From the NCBI GenBank assembly GCA_905178155.1, contig CAJINV010000006.1:90249-103471 (forward strand): a stretch of 13,223 bases of DNA, given 5' to 3'. The translations under genes and the position numbers were made by a program. This document shows, one piece after another, positions 1 through 9,833 of the stretch. The notes under the pieces were generated by a model that worked only from the letters and a program-made list of their open reading frames with translations, was not told where the DNA came from and searched no databases. Source of the DNA: Amoebophrya sp. A120. Taxonomy: Eukaryota > Protista > Dinoflagellata. Position 1 is the stretch's first letter. Each line of letters opens with the position of its first letter.

Positions 1-1790
1 AGTCGCCCCGGGTCCCTACGTATGCCCGCCAGTATACATAGGCAGTCGAAAGGGGTCGCCGGCATCGCTCCGGGCGCCATAGCATGCGGGGAAGGGTGCC
101 CAGGTCTTGGGAATTGCCTCCCGTGGTTCCTATGTACATCGGCGCGCATACGTAGGCAAAAAGCCAGGCACTCCGCGCAGGGCTCCAGGCGCAGCAACAT
201 GCGGCAAGGGCTGGCGGAATCTTGAAGACAGTCGCCCCAGGTCCCTACGTATGCCCCCCCCGCCAGTATACATAGGCAGACGAAAGGAGTCGCCGGCATG
301 GCTCCGGGCGCCATAGCATGCGGGAAAGGGTGCCCAGGTCTTGGGAATTGCCTCCCTTGGTTCCTATGTATATCGGCGCGTATACGTAGGCAAAAAGCCA
401 GGCACCCCGCGCAGGGATCCGGGGCGGGCGCAGCAACATGCGGCAAGGGCTCGCGGAATCTTGAAGACAGTCGCCCCGGGCCCCTACGTATACCCGCCAG
501 TATACATAGGCAGTCGAAAGGGGTCGCCGGCATAGCTCCGGGCGCCATAGCATGCGGGAACGGGTGCCCAGGTCTTGGGAATTGCCTCCCTTGGTTCCTA
601 TGCATATCGGCGCGTATACGCAGGCAAAACGCCAGGCACTCCGCAAAGGGGTCCGGGCGCAGCAACATGCGGCACGGGCCGGCTTGCGGAATCTTGAAGA
701 CAGTCGCCTCGGGTCCCTACGTATACCCGCCAATATACATAGGCAAACGAAAGGAGTCGCCGGCATGGCTCCAGGCGCCATGGCATGCGGGAAAGGGTGC
801 CCAGGTCTTGGGAATTGCCTCCCTTGGTTCCTATGTATATCGGCGCGCATACGTAGGCAAAACGCCGGGCACTCCGCGCAGGGCCCCGGGCGCAGCAACA
901 TGCGGCAAGGGCTTGCGGAATCTTGAAGACAATCGCCCCGGGTCCCTACGTATGCCCGCCGGTATACATAGGCAGACGAAAGGAGTCGCCGGCATGGCTC
1001 CGGGCGCTATAGCATGCGGGAAAGGGTGCCCAGGTCTTGGGGGTTGTCTCCCTTGGTTCCTATGTATATCGGCGCGCATACGTATGCAAAAAGCCAGGCA
1101 CCCCGCGCAGGGATCCGGGCGCAGCAACATTCGCCAAGGGCTTGCGGAATCTTAAAGACAGGCGCCCCGGGTCCCTACGTATACCCGCCAGGGTACATAG
1201 GCAATCGAAAGGGGTCGCCGGCATCGCTCCGGGCGCCATAGCATGCGGGAAAGGGTGCCCAGGTCTTGGGAATTGCCTCCCTTGGTTCCTATGTATATCG
1301 GCGCGTATACGTAGGCAAAACGCCAGGCACCCCGCGCAGGGCTCCGGGCGCAGCAACACGCGGCAAGGGCTTGCGGAATCTTGAGAACAGTCGCCCCGGG
1401 TCCCTACGTATACCCGCCAGCACACATAAGCAGACGAAAGGAGTCGCCGGCATGGCTCCGGGCGCCATAGCATGCGGGAAAGGGTGCCCAGGTCTTGGGA
1501 ATTGCCTCCCTTGGTTCCTATGTATATCGGCGCGCATACGTAGGCAAAACGCCAGGCACTCCGCGCAGGGCTCCGGGCGCAGCAACATGCGGCAAGGGCT
1601 TGCGGAATCTTGAAGACAGTCGACCCGGGTCCCTACGTATACCCGCCAGGGTGCGTAGGCAAAGAAACGAAAGGAGCCGCCGGCATGGTTCCGGGCGCCA
1701 TAGCATGCGGAGCGGGAAAGGGTGCCAAGGTCTTGGGGATTGCCTCTCTTGGTCCCTATTCATATCGGCATGGCTCCGCTTGCGGAGTCT
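1..1790. repeat. GC-rich tandem satellite, ~229-bp unit (dimer of ~114-115-bp monomers), about 7.7 copies
   Basis: The AGTCGCCCCG-type register recurs at 1, 230, 469, 702, 931, 1160, 1389 and 1618. The two halves of each unit align with each other (TCTTG...CCTAYGTATA...ATACRTAGGCA...GCTCCGGGCGC...CATGCGG). The period is not a multiple of 3. Confidence 0.97.
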
Positions 1791-1983
1791 TGTCATGCAG
1801 AACCTCAAATCTGATGGTATTGTTGCCGTGTGGCACTGTTTGCATGACAAATTCCGGAAGCCGAAGCAGTACTGCACCACAAGGCGCATGAACTTGTCAT
1901 GCACCGGCTCCACGAGTGTCGGTGTTTGTCTTGCTGTTCACGCCATGCAAATGAGGCGGAGGGGAGGTTGTGCCATTCTCATA
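1789..1983. mobile_element. Family B TIR element/introner, truncated on the left by the satellite
   Basis: Aligns along its length with the reverse complement of 12244-12440. Its intact end reads TATGAGAATGGCACAACC on the minus strand, directly after codons YPGAL. The second TIR is absent. Confidence 0.85.
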
Positions 1984-4900
1984 CAGGGCCCCGGGATAGC
2001 AGAAGCCTGTCGCCTGGATCGGGGGCTTGAGGGGGTGCAGAGGTGCGCTGAAGTTGCTGTAGCTGCCGTCTCCCGGCGCGTTGACTTTGTAGAACCCGAA
2101 CTGCACAAACTTGCCCTGCCGCAACAGGTATCAAATGCAAATGTGTCTGGGTCTGGAAGATTCCGAGATTTGTCATGCAGTTTTTCCAAGCTCCGCCAAG
2201 TCTGGAATGCAGGGCCTAGCGTCACAGGTTCTGGAGCCCCTTGGTGATGCCTATTCTGCATGAGAAATGCTCTCTCAGCATGGCGAGAAATGGAGACCTT
2301 TTGCAAAGCATGGCAACACTGATTTTTGTATGATCCGCAACACGCATCACAAGTTCGCATCCATCCAGACCCAGACACTTTTGCAGTTGATAACAGGTCC
2401 ACCGAACCGTCCTCATTGTGGCAGATCGTATTGTCGGTAACCAGATCAAATGCAAAAATGTCTGGGTCTGGGAGATTGCGAGATTTGTCGTGCTAGTCTG
2501 GCATGACTCTGAACTCTGTCTTGCATGGCCCCGAAGAGCTTCTCCTCCTTGTCATGCAAAAACGCCGTTTCTCATGCCGAATACGCAACTCAGAAGCATG
2601 AAAAAAACTTGTCATGCTTGGCAGCGCATTATAGTGAGCTTACTATTTCCTTCCCTGCATCACAAGTTTCCAGACCCAGACATTTTTGCCCTTGATAAAC
2701 CAGATCGCTGCACCCGCGCGGCCGGCCAATGTCCGCGGTGTACTGCATGCCGAGGAGCTCTTGCTGGCACATCGTGACCCAGACGTGCTTATCACACGCA
2801 AATATGTTTGTAGTCTGGGTCTGGAGGGGAAGGAACGCAGAAGTTCGTGTTGTAAATTGTCATGCATTTTATTGGATCACGCAACTGGTCTCTAATGGAC
2901 GCAACAGTATTTTTTTTCTTTTTTCTTTTTACCCGTTTTGCACAGGCCCTTTCATGAAGTTGAAGATGCTTATCCCCCATGAGAAACTCTCTATTCGCGT
3001 AAACTACAAGAAAGCGCAAGCGGCAGCTTTCATGATTTTCGGTGCTCATGCAATCCAAATTTTTGCGTACAATTCCAGAATCCGCATCACATGTTGCAAC
3101 CTTCCCGACCCAGACACATCATATTTGCAGTTGATAGCGCTCGAAGTCCACCTCTGCGCCGTTTGCGAGGCCCCGAAGTTCCGCGAAGATGAGCGGATAT
3201 TTGGCTTCGTTGAAGTTCCGGAGATATGGACATGGCAAACATCGGTCTGATGTGCAGGAGGATATTCACGCAGCGGAATCTATCTACACCGATGTGGCTG
3301 CTCGAAAAAGTAAAAAGCGGTCGTCGTACATACTACAAATTACTGCTGTACAGCACGACGAGAGGACCACGACTCTGTTCTTCTTGCATTCGATTGTATC
3401 GGAGCAAACTGACGAACAATCCTCATGCATTTATTTTCCAGACAAAGACCTATTTGCAGGGGATAGTAAGTACCTGTGATTTTTGAAGATGCGAAGTGCG
3501 GTTCTCAACAAGGTTCCAAGGAAAAATTCGTGCTGGAGAAAGTGAATTGTGATACCACTTCTTCTTTTCAGCAAACACCTTCATGTATTGCTCCCCCTGT
3601 TCTTACTATCCAGGAAAAAAAGTGTGTAAGTGTAACTTTCTTTGAGGAACAGCATCACAAATTTGCTGTACATGACAGAGAAAACCTGTCATGCATGGCT
3701 TGTAAGGGAAAACACACATGAAGAGAGGACTTCATGGCTGTCTGGCATGACAGGCGTATCTCTTTCGCATTTTCTGCAACACAAATTTACACTTACACAG
3801 TTTTTTTCTTGCATACTTACCTGCTGTACTCCCTTGCCTCCTCGCTTGTCTGCAAGAAGTTCCACGCTTCCAGGTACCACGGCTCTGCGTAGACAAAGGC
3901 CTGGATTTGCGACCGCATGTTTTCCCCAAGCTCCCGGCCGAACGCGTAGTGGCCGTCATAGTCGTCGGGAAACGATCAAATGCAAATATCCCTGGATGTC
4001 TGGAAGGCTGCAACTTGTGATGCTCGATTTGGATTCTACAATATATCTGTATTGCACGAACAGCAAATTATCAAGCGGTCCAGTTTTATTTGCCACAGCG
4101 ATAGGGCATTTCCCATGCGGTATAGACATCAGAAAGCCCTCGCAATAAAATTTGTGATGCTAGGGCATGCATCACAGACGTCAGGAGTCCTGCAAACTGC
4201 GCATGGCAAACCTGGCATCTTCCTTCCAGACCTCCAGGGATATTTGCAGTTGATAGAAACAGGCCAAAGTCGTGAAACTCTTCCTCCGAGACCGAGTGGG
4301 TGATCTGCTTCAATCTGGGAAAGGAAGAAGTCCTTATGAATTGCAAAAGTGTCATCTGGGTCTGGAAGATTGGAACTTGTGATGCTACCTTTGGACTCTA
4401 CATAAAATCTGTATTGCATGAACAGCAAAAGAGGTGTATATTTGTGCTACGCGGAGAGGGCATTTCTCATGCGGTATGAGCATCAGAGAGCCCTCGCAAA
4501 ATCTCTGATGCTAGGACGTGCATCACAGACCTCATGGGGCATGCAAAATATGCATTACAAACTCCTGCACTCTTCCAGACCCGAACATTTTTGCAATCCA
4601 TAGTACTCGTTAGATTACCACTGCTCGCTGTTGTACCAGCGCTACCACCACTCGGTGATGGTAGTACAGCCATCGCACTCTTCCTCCTGCCGATAGTACT
4701 TTTCTGCCGTCGGAGCGATGTTTGCGCGGTCGTAGCTAGTGTTCGGGTGGTAATAGTACTAGTTTTGGTACTTATACTGTCACGGGCAAGCGCTTGTTGG
4801 GCTGCTTGGGGGAGTATTGGCTGCGAAGACTGTTGGTGTACGAAGTAGTTACCGTTCGCTCCACCTTCGTCGCAGAAAACGAGCTTTCTTTTATTTCTTG

Positions 4901-5126
4901 TTGTCGAGAGCACTGCTGTACCACCACCAACTCTTCTTCGCGCATTCTTTCGTACACCATGATCTCCATGCCGCGGCTCGGGCTGGGGTGTAGTAGTGGC
5001 TGTCGCGTGGTCCTTGTTGTTTTGCACAGAGTTGTCTGTCCTCGGCGGTAGGAGGTGTGCGAGAACGGAGTTAGGCCATAAACTACAGCCGTTGGGCGAG
5101 AAACAGGAAGAGAAACCGCGCCTCAT
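1984..5126 (-). CDS. Peptidase C45 / acyl-CoA:6-APA acyltransferase-like Ntn hydrolase, spliced, 3'-partial (370 codons visible)
   Basis: Joining exons ~5126-4604, 4330-4257, 3969-3821, 3473-3467, 3220-3138, 2785-2699, 2439-2394 and 2124-1984 gives 1110 nt without a stop: ...DGHYAFGRELGENMRSQIQAF...KYPLIFAELRGLANGAEVDFE(R/H)VWVTMCQQELLG...RGCSDLVTDNTICHNEDGS...GFCYPGAL. This matches C45 motifs (G.h...G...G; P....E..G.A.GA; nucleophile Cys in GCS at 2710-2712; HNED; YPG.L). Family recognised by eye, not by a search. Confidence 0.88.
2129..2392. mobile_element. Family A TIR element/introner (264 bp), TSD ACAGG
   Basis: Ends are TATCAAATGCAAATGTGTCTGGGTCTGGA ... TCCAGACCCAGACACTTTTGCAGTTGATA. 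ACAGG lies at 2124-2128 and 2393-2397. Removal gives ...GSVDLLRQGK... Confidence 0.95.
2444..2697. mobile_element. Family A TIR element/introner (254 bp), TSD AACCA
   Basis: Ends are GATCAAATGCAAAAATGTCTGGGTCTGG ... CCAGACCCAGACATTTTTGCCCTTGATA. AACCA lies at 2439-2443 and 2698-2702. Removal gives GCSDLVTDNT. Confidence 0.95.
2790..3136. mobile_element. Family A TIR element/introner (347 bp), TSD GTGCT/GCGCT
   Basis: Ends are TATCACACGCAAATATG...GTCTGGGTCTGGA ... CCCGACCCAGACACATCATATTTGCAGTTGATA. The TSD has 1 mismatch. Removal restores the frame. Confidence 0.9.
3225..3465. mobile_element. Degenerate family A-like element/introner (241 bp)
   Basis: The right end TTCCAGACAAAGACCTATTTGCAGGGGATA is A-like. 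The left end TATGGACATGGCAAACATCGGTCTGA is decayed, and the TSD is degenerate (GGAGA/GTAAG). Removal restores SRYLRNFN. Confidence 0.7.
3474..3820 (-). other. Canonical GT-AG spliceosomal intron containing a nested TIR element
   Basis: The minus strand reads AGCAG|GTAAGTATGC ... AATCACAG|GTACTTAC, and splicing keeps the C45 frame. Confidence 0.8.
3607..3815. mobile_element. Family C TIR element (209 bp), TSD CTTAC
   Basis: The left end TATCCAGGAAAAAAAGTGTGTAAGTGTAAC matches the reverse complement of the right end, TATGCAAGAAAAAAACTGTGTAAGTGTAAA. CTTAC lies at 3602-3606 and 3816-3820. Confidence 0.92.
3974..4255. mobile_element. Family A TIR element/introner (282 bp), TSD GAAAC
   Basis: Ends are GATCAAATGCAAATATCCCTGGATGTCTGGAAGG ... 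CCTTCCAGACCTCCAGGGATATTTGCAGTTGATA. GAAAC lies at 3969-3973 and 4256-4260. Removal gives DFGLFPDDYDGH. Confidence 0.95.
4335..4602. mobile_element. Family A TIR element/introner (268 bp), TSD GTCCT/GTACT
   Basis: Ends are TATGAATTGCAAAAGTGTCATCTGGGTCTGGAAGA ... TCTTCCAGACCCGAACATTTTTGCAATCCATA. The interior resembles 3974-4255. Removal gives NLTSTSSFPRLK. Confidence 0.92.
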
Positions 5127-6327
5127 GGTTCAAGTTAGGTTGCGTGATGGATTCTGTACGTTCTGAAGAGGGAAGAACCTCTCTCCACCTAAAACTTCAT
5201 GGATGGCGCTGCGCTACGCTTGTGTTCGCAAGTTGGTGGAAACTTAAAATGAAAAATTGGCTGAGCACAACATGAAGTACAAACCAAAAGTTGAGACACA
5301 TCCAACGACGGGAACAAGAACTAGCAACCGCCCTGAAGGGATCCTTCATTCAAAAATCGAGCTACATATATAAAACAATTTGGAACACAACAGCTGACTG
5401 CAATGGAATGCTTACAAACAAATTTTGAGCCGTGGTTTCTACAATATTCTTCGGTTCTTTTCTCATTTTTGGTTTCTGCAGCTGAAATCGGGAATTTTTT
5501 GAATCCCTTCATCACTATCCACCCATAATTCCCGTTCCGGCTTTCTCAATCACAGCTTCTGACTGATCCGTTTTCTACCTTAATTTCGTGCGGCACGTGC
5601 TCTGGAAATGAAAATTTGTTTTGTGTCCGGCGAAAAGATGTCATGGATATGCAACAACGGAAAAAATACTACTACTTTCGAAGCGTGCGCGTGCCAATAA
5701 TTCATTCGGAGTTTAATTAGGTGGTGTTCTTACTTTTTAATATGATTTTACATCCTTGTGTCTCGCGAAAAAAAAATGAAAATTTGTTTGCTTGCAATCT
5801 TGTCGTGCAGTAAGGGGAGAACGCGTTTTTAGTGCACGGGGCAAGCGCCACTTGCATATTACCTATGCAAGGGGCGCTTTTTCTTGCAGTTGACGAAAGT
5901 ACCACTTGGACCTACCCTATTATACAGTTTGCATGCTGATTCGAGTACAAGTTTATCTGTAAGCGATTTAATTTCTTGAATAATTGTGTTTAGCTTCAAT
6001 ACTATCCGGAAAAAAATCGTACAAATGTCTGGCTTCAATTTCAAACAACTTGTACAAGGCCAATCCGCATCCAAATCACAGCCCGGACAGTCTGGCTACA
6101 ACTGATTCATCCAATTCCACATGTTAATGCAGATTCCACATGTTCCTCGCCTGCACCTCCCCCCGGGTAGTAAAGCTATACTAGTTCTTGATGTTATTTT
6201 CGAGCTAAAATTTTTTCTGGCCGCTTTGCATGCTAGCGCGAAGAGGAGGACCACGAGCGCCTATAGTGCTGCAGACGCTCGGTAGAATTCAAAGACAGAA
6301 CGGGTCCCGGTCCCGCCCGCTGTGCCC

Positions 6328-8933
6328 TCAAGGCAGCTCGGTCGTGCATATGCTTGTAGCCACTCTGCTCCTCCCACGGTCTTGGCCTGGTTGCTGGAGC
6401 ATCTGCCACCACGCAGAGTCCGGGCCCAATCTTGCTACTTCCGCTCTCAGCAACTGCTCGGGGGAGTCAACATCCTTCTGCGCCAGCATTTGCCTGAGCA
6501 AGTTCCAGTCTTGTCTGGACGCTCTCGTATACCGAAACACGTGCCGCACGACGTTTCTCCACTTTTCAATATTTTCCGGACCGCCGTGGATATCAAATGC
6601 AAATGTGTCTGGGTCCTCTGGAAGTAGAGTGCAGGAGTTTGTCATGCAGGTTTTGCATGCGCCACGAGGTGGACTGCGACTCAGAACCAGGGTATAGCAT
6701 GATCACAAGAACTTTTGTTGCATGGAGGGCTTCGCAAAAATGCAAATCCCGCATGAGAAGTATTATGCCGTTTAATATTGGCAGGGCCAAAATCCAAAAT
6801 CAAGGGCTTCTTGTGCTACCCGCGCAAGACAGATTTTTGTGTAGTCTACTGTGGGACGGCCACGGCGCATCACAGGTCGCTCTCTTGTTCCAGTGACCCA
6901 GATCGATATTTGCAGTGCATAGTCGGTATCTCGTAGCAACGGCGTCTGCCACAGTTCCCCGACAGAGTAGATGAGCCCTACCTCCATCGCCTTGCACCAC
7001 CCTTGCTCCGGTTGGTCGGGCGTCTCCCAGTCCACTACTATCCAACAGAAGGAAAGTACTGTACAGCAGTGATGCGAAAAATATTTTTAATTCTATATGC
7101 AAATTTTTCTGCCTGGTGGCTTTCGTGCTAGTTAAACACAACTTTTGTTCCTGGCGCTTTCCAATTAAGGCGGCGCCTTTGCGCATTTTTGCGCGTTGCG
7201 TGATACTGCATGCCAGAAAATGATGAATAGTTGCTACATTTCGGGTCGTTCTTCCCGCAGATTACCGAGTTACAACGTGAAGATGTTGAACTTGTGAAGA
7301 TGTTGCCAAGAAATAGCCCCAAGGCTTCTATATAAAACCAACCGACAAGAAAAATGAATTCCGATAAAAAGCACCAGCACCATGGGTCGTCCGTCACTGT
7401 ATCACAGTACTTTTATTTCACGTTGGATACACCTCACCTCGCTCGCTATTTTCAGCCACGTTTCGACCTCAAACTCGTCCCCTGGCGCTCGCCGCTCCAC
7501 GTCGCCTGGGTGGAAAATTAACCCCTGATCGACGGCCTTGCTCACCGTCGTTAAGTTCTGCCGAGCCACACTCCCCCGTGGCACTTGGTTCTGCCAGTCC
7601 GTGATTAGACAAGGAAGTGGCTCATACCCTTCGCCAAAGCCGCTCCCCTCCCCGACGGACAGTGCCGCATTCACCACGCGGCCGTGCCCCTTCACCTGGT
7701 CCGGCACCTCGGTATCCCAATCCGTTATCAGATCGGAAAGACTGATGGCGTTTGCCACCACGTCCGGGTCATGTCGGTGTTCCTCGGGAACCTGCTCTAG
7801 CCAATTGGTGATCCAGCCTTGACCAATGGCGCCATAACGTTCGGTCGCGTATTTCCCCGCGGTTGCCTTGCCGTGGAGCAGGTATGTCAGAGCGTCGCCG
7901 TAGATCAACCGGTGGTTGGCAATGTCTTCTGCGGTATAATTTGCTTTCGTGTGGGACTTTTTCTTTTGCAGGTCAGCCGACAGTGAGGCCCGTTCCTCCT
8001 GCGACGGCCACCGGCGTTTCGCTAACTCTTCCGGAAGGACGTATTGCCACTGGCGGTGCTGGATGCCCGCGTACACGACGAGCGGGTCGTCGCGAATCGT
8101 TTCCGGAATGTCGGCCCAGGATTGGTAGTAATTCTGTTTGATCAGTTCCGCTGCTACATGCGTTTTTTTGCCCGAAAAGGTCGAAGCCCCGACGCGAAGT
8201 TGCCAGTGATCACCAGCATGATTCCGTGTCGTGTAGTTGGTCACCGCTGCGTTACCTTGCTGCGCAGTTGACCACGTCGACGAACCTCCGCCGCGCGCCA
8301 CATGCTGCAGGTTGCTGAGCAGCTGGTGCTGGGGCAGTTGTCGCGAAGAAGAGGAGGAAGCGCTTATCCTGAGTAAAAACATCCCCACCCCATGGTTGTC
8401 ATGCAGATTTGCGACTGCAGGAAGATTTGTAATGCGCATCTTCATGAGAGGCATTTCCAATCGCGTTCTGGAATTTGTAATGCTGTAAACAGGATAAGCC
8501 GATAGATTTGTGATGCGGTTGTCCTTGCTAACATACACTACACTACGGACTGCAACTTGTCATGCGTGGCTCCCAAAACTTCTGGATTTGTGTTGCTAAG
8601 TTCCCAACTTGACTATGGGGCGGGGACGTTTTTACACAGGATAGCGCTTGTTGTGCCAGTCCTCCGGGTCGTGGGCGAGGACCGACGCTTGGAAGAGGAG
8701 CTGGAACGTCGACCAGATCTATCGCCACTCCCAGCTCTCGTCCGCGAGCTATGCAGGGACAGCGCCGACACGATGAATGTGTCTTGCAGGAGATTCTTGT
8801 TGCAGTCGGTCATGCAGCAGCATGAAGAAAATCCGTATAACAATCGGCTTGTCGAAGTCAAAGAAAATGCGTAGTAGACCACGAGAGCGAAGCTCTTCAT
8901 GATCTTTGACGGGACCACGGAGTAGACCACCAT
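6328..8933 (-). CDS. Hypothetical spliced protein (~529 aa) with DUF4116-like repeats, hydrophobic N-terminus and Ser-rich linker
   Basis: Exons ~8933-8645, 8360-7431, 7034-6923 and 6586-6328 total 1590 nt, ATG to TGA, and link four ORF-track fragments in frame. Repeat units include WADIPETIRDDPLVVYAGI, WLEQVPEEHRHDPDVVANAI and WDTEVPDQVKGHGRVVNAAL. The DUF4116 assignment is by eye only. Confidence 0.8.
6591..6921. mobile_element. Family A TIR element/introner (331 bp), TSD GTGGA/GTCGG
   Basis: Ends are TATCAAATGCAAATGTGTCTGGGTCCTCTGGAA ... TTCCAGTGACCCAGATCGATATTTGCAGTGCATA. Removal gives LLRDTDGGPENIEKW. Confidence 0.9.
7039..7429. mobile_element. Family D TIR element/introner (391 bp); can splice as GT-AG intron 7430-7035
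   Basis: The left end TATCCAACAGAAGGAAAGTACTGT matches the reverse complement of the right end, TATCCAACGTGAAATAAAAGTACTGT. The TSD is degenerate. Removing 396 nt (element + 5) restores the frame. Confidence 0.82.
8365..8643. mobile_element. Family E TIR element/introner (279 bp), TSD GCGCT
   Basis: Ends are TATCCTGAGTAAAAACATCCCCACCCCAT ... ATGGGGCGGGGACGTTTTTACACAGGATA. GCGCT lies at 8360-8364 and 8644-8648. Removal gives GTTSASSSSSRQ. Confidence 0.95.
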
Positions 8934-9833
8934 GTTTTACAGGTTTGAACCAAATTTCGATTCGTGAAGTTTATCGGTATAAAAATCTACTCGGGTGGTC
9001 GTGAGAGAAGACGTAGATGATGAAGTATATGTTGACAAAGCCAGATTATTCTGGTAAGAGAATTGCGATCGGAAAATACGATCCGGGATGAACAAAACGA
9101 ATGCTAAGTGCGAATGTAGGAAAATAAACTTGTGGAAGAAGATCAACTACGACAGTATAATCGGCCAATCATACATCGATTGCGCGCTCTTCTTTTCGAA
9201 AAAAACGAAAATTTTTTGCAGTAAGTAATGCATAGAAGTAAACAAAACAAGTCTTCTGTGTGGAATATCCCAAAACAAGTCTTCAAAATAAAAGTTCAAT
9301 TACGTTGTGCGAAAGCGAATAGCAACCAAAGTTGTAGAAGTTCCGAGCAAACGCAAGTTTTGTATCTTTTCCTGTTGCACCAGCTTCCTTTTTCCGTTGA
9401 AGAATTACTTTTTTGTGGGGTAAGAATGTTCAAGGGAACTCGCTACTAGCCAGAAATGACGAAGGGGATGAATTTTCTAACGTTTTCCCACTTCCTTGTT
9501 CTACCGGAATAAAACTGCTATCGACCGATGGCGCTTCTTTTCAAAAAATGCGAGGCGGCATGCAACCTCTTGATTTTTCTTGGTGCCAGTTTAGAAATTT
9601 ATTGACGTCGTGATCTGACCGTAACATCCTGTGGAGCAGCACCTCAAAAGGATCATTTGTCAATCTATTTGCACTTGTTTTCGGATCGAATTTCGTTTTC
9701 TTTTTGCCGATCTGTGATGAGCCATTTTTATCCGGGTTTGACGAGTCTTGTGGATCACTATGAGCGAAGACTTCGGTTTGACTACGAGCGGGATGGTGTC
9801 ACAGCGTAGATCATAATTACAGACCGACTACAG

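Noticed and set aside
1-1790. CRISPR array (regularly spaced palindromes)
   Set aside because: The intervening sequences are repeated rather than unique spacers, there are no cas genes, and the context is eukaryotic.
22-2247. Many overlapping ORFs of 62-285 aa in the left array
   Set aside because: They are products of a GC-rich 229-bp repeat. The same peptide shifts frame every unit and appears on both strands.
1984-5126. Pseudogene destroyed by transposon insertions
   Set aside because: The exons have no stops or frameshifts and keep catalytic motifs even beside old, decayed insertions. Not formally excluded without RNA data.
5606-5789. 16-bp direct repeat AAATGAAAATTTGTTT at 5606 and 5774
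   Set aside because: It is AT-rich, low complexity and present in only two copies, which is not enough to call regulatory.
8365-8538. N-terminus MYVSKDNRITNL... of the 378-aa ORF
   Set aside because: It lies inside the family E element. The repeated ITNL peptides are translations of the GCATCACAAAT-type motif. The real upstream exon appears to be 8933-8645.
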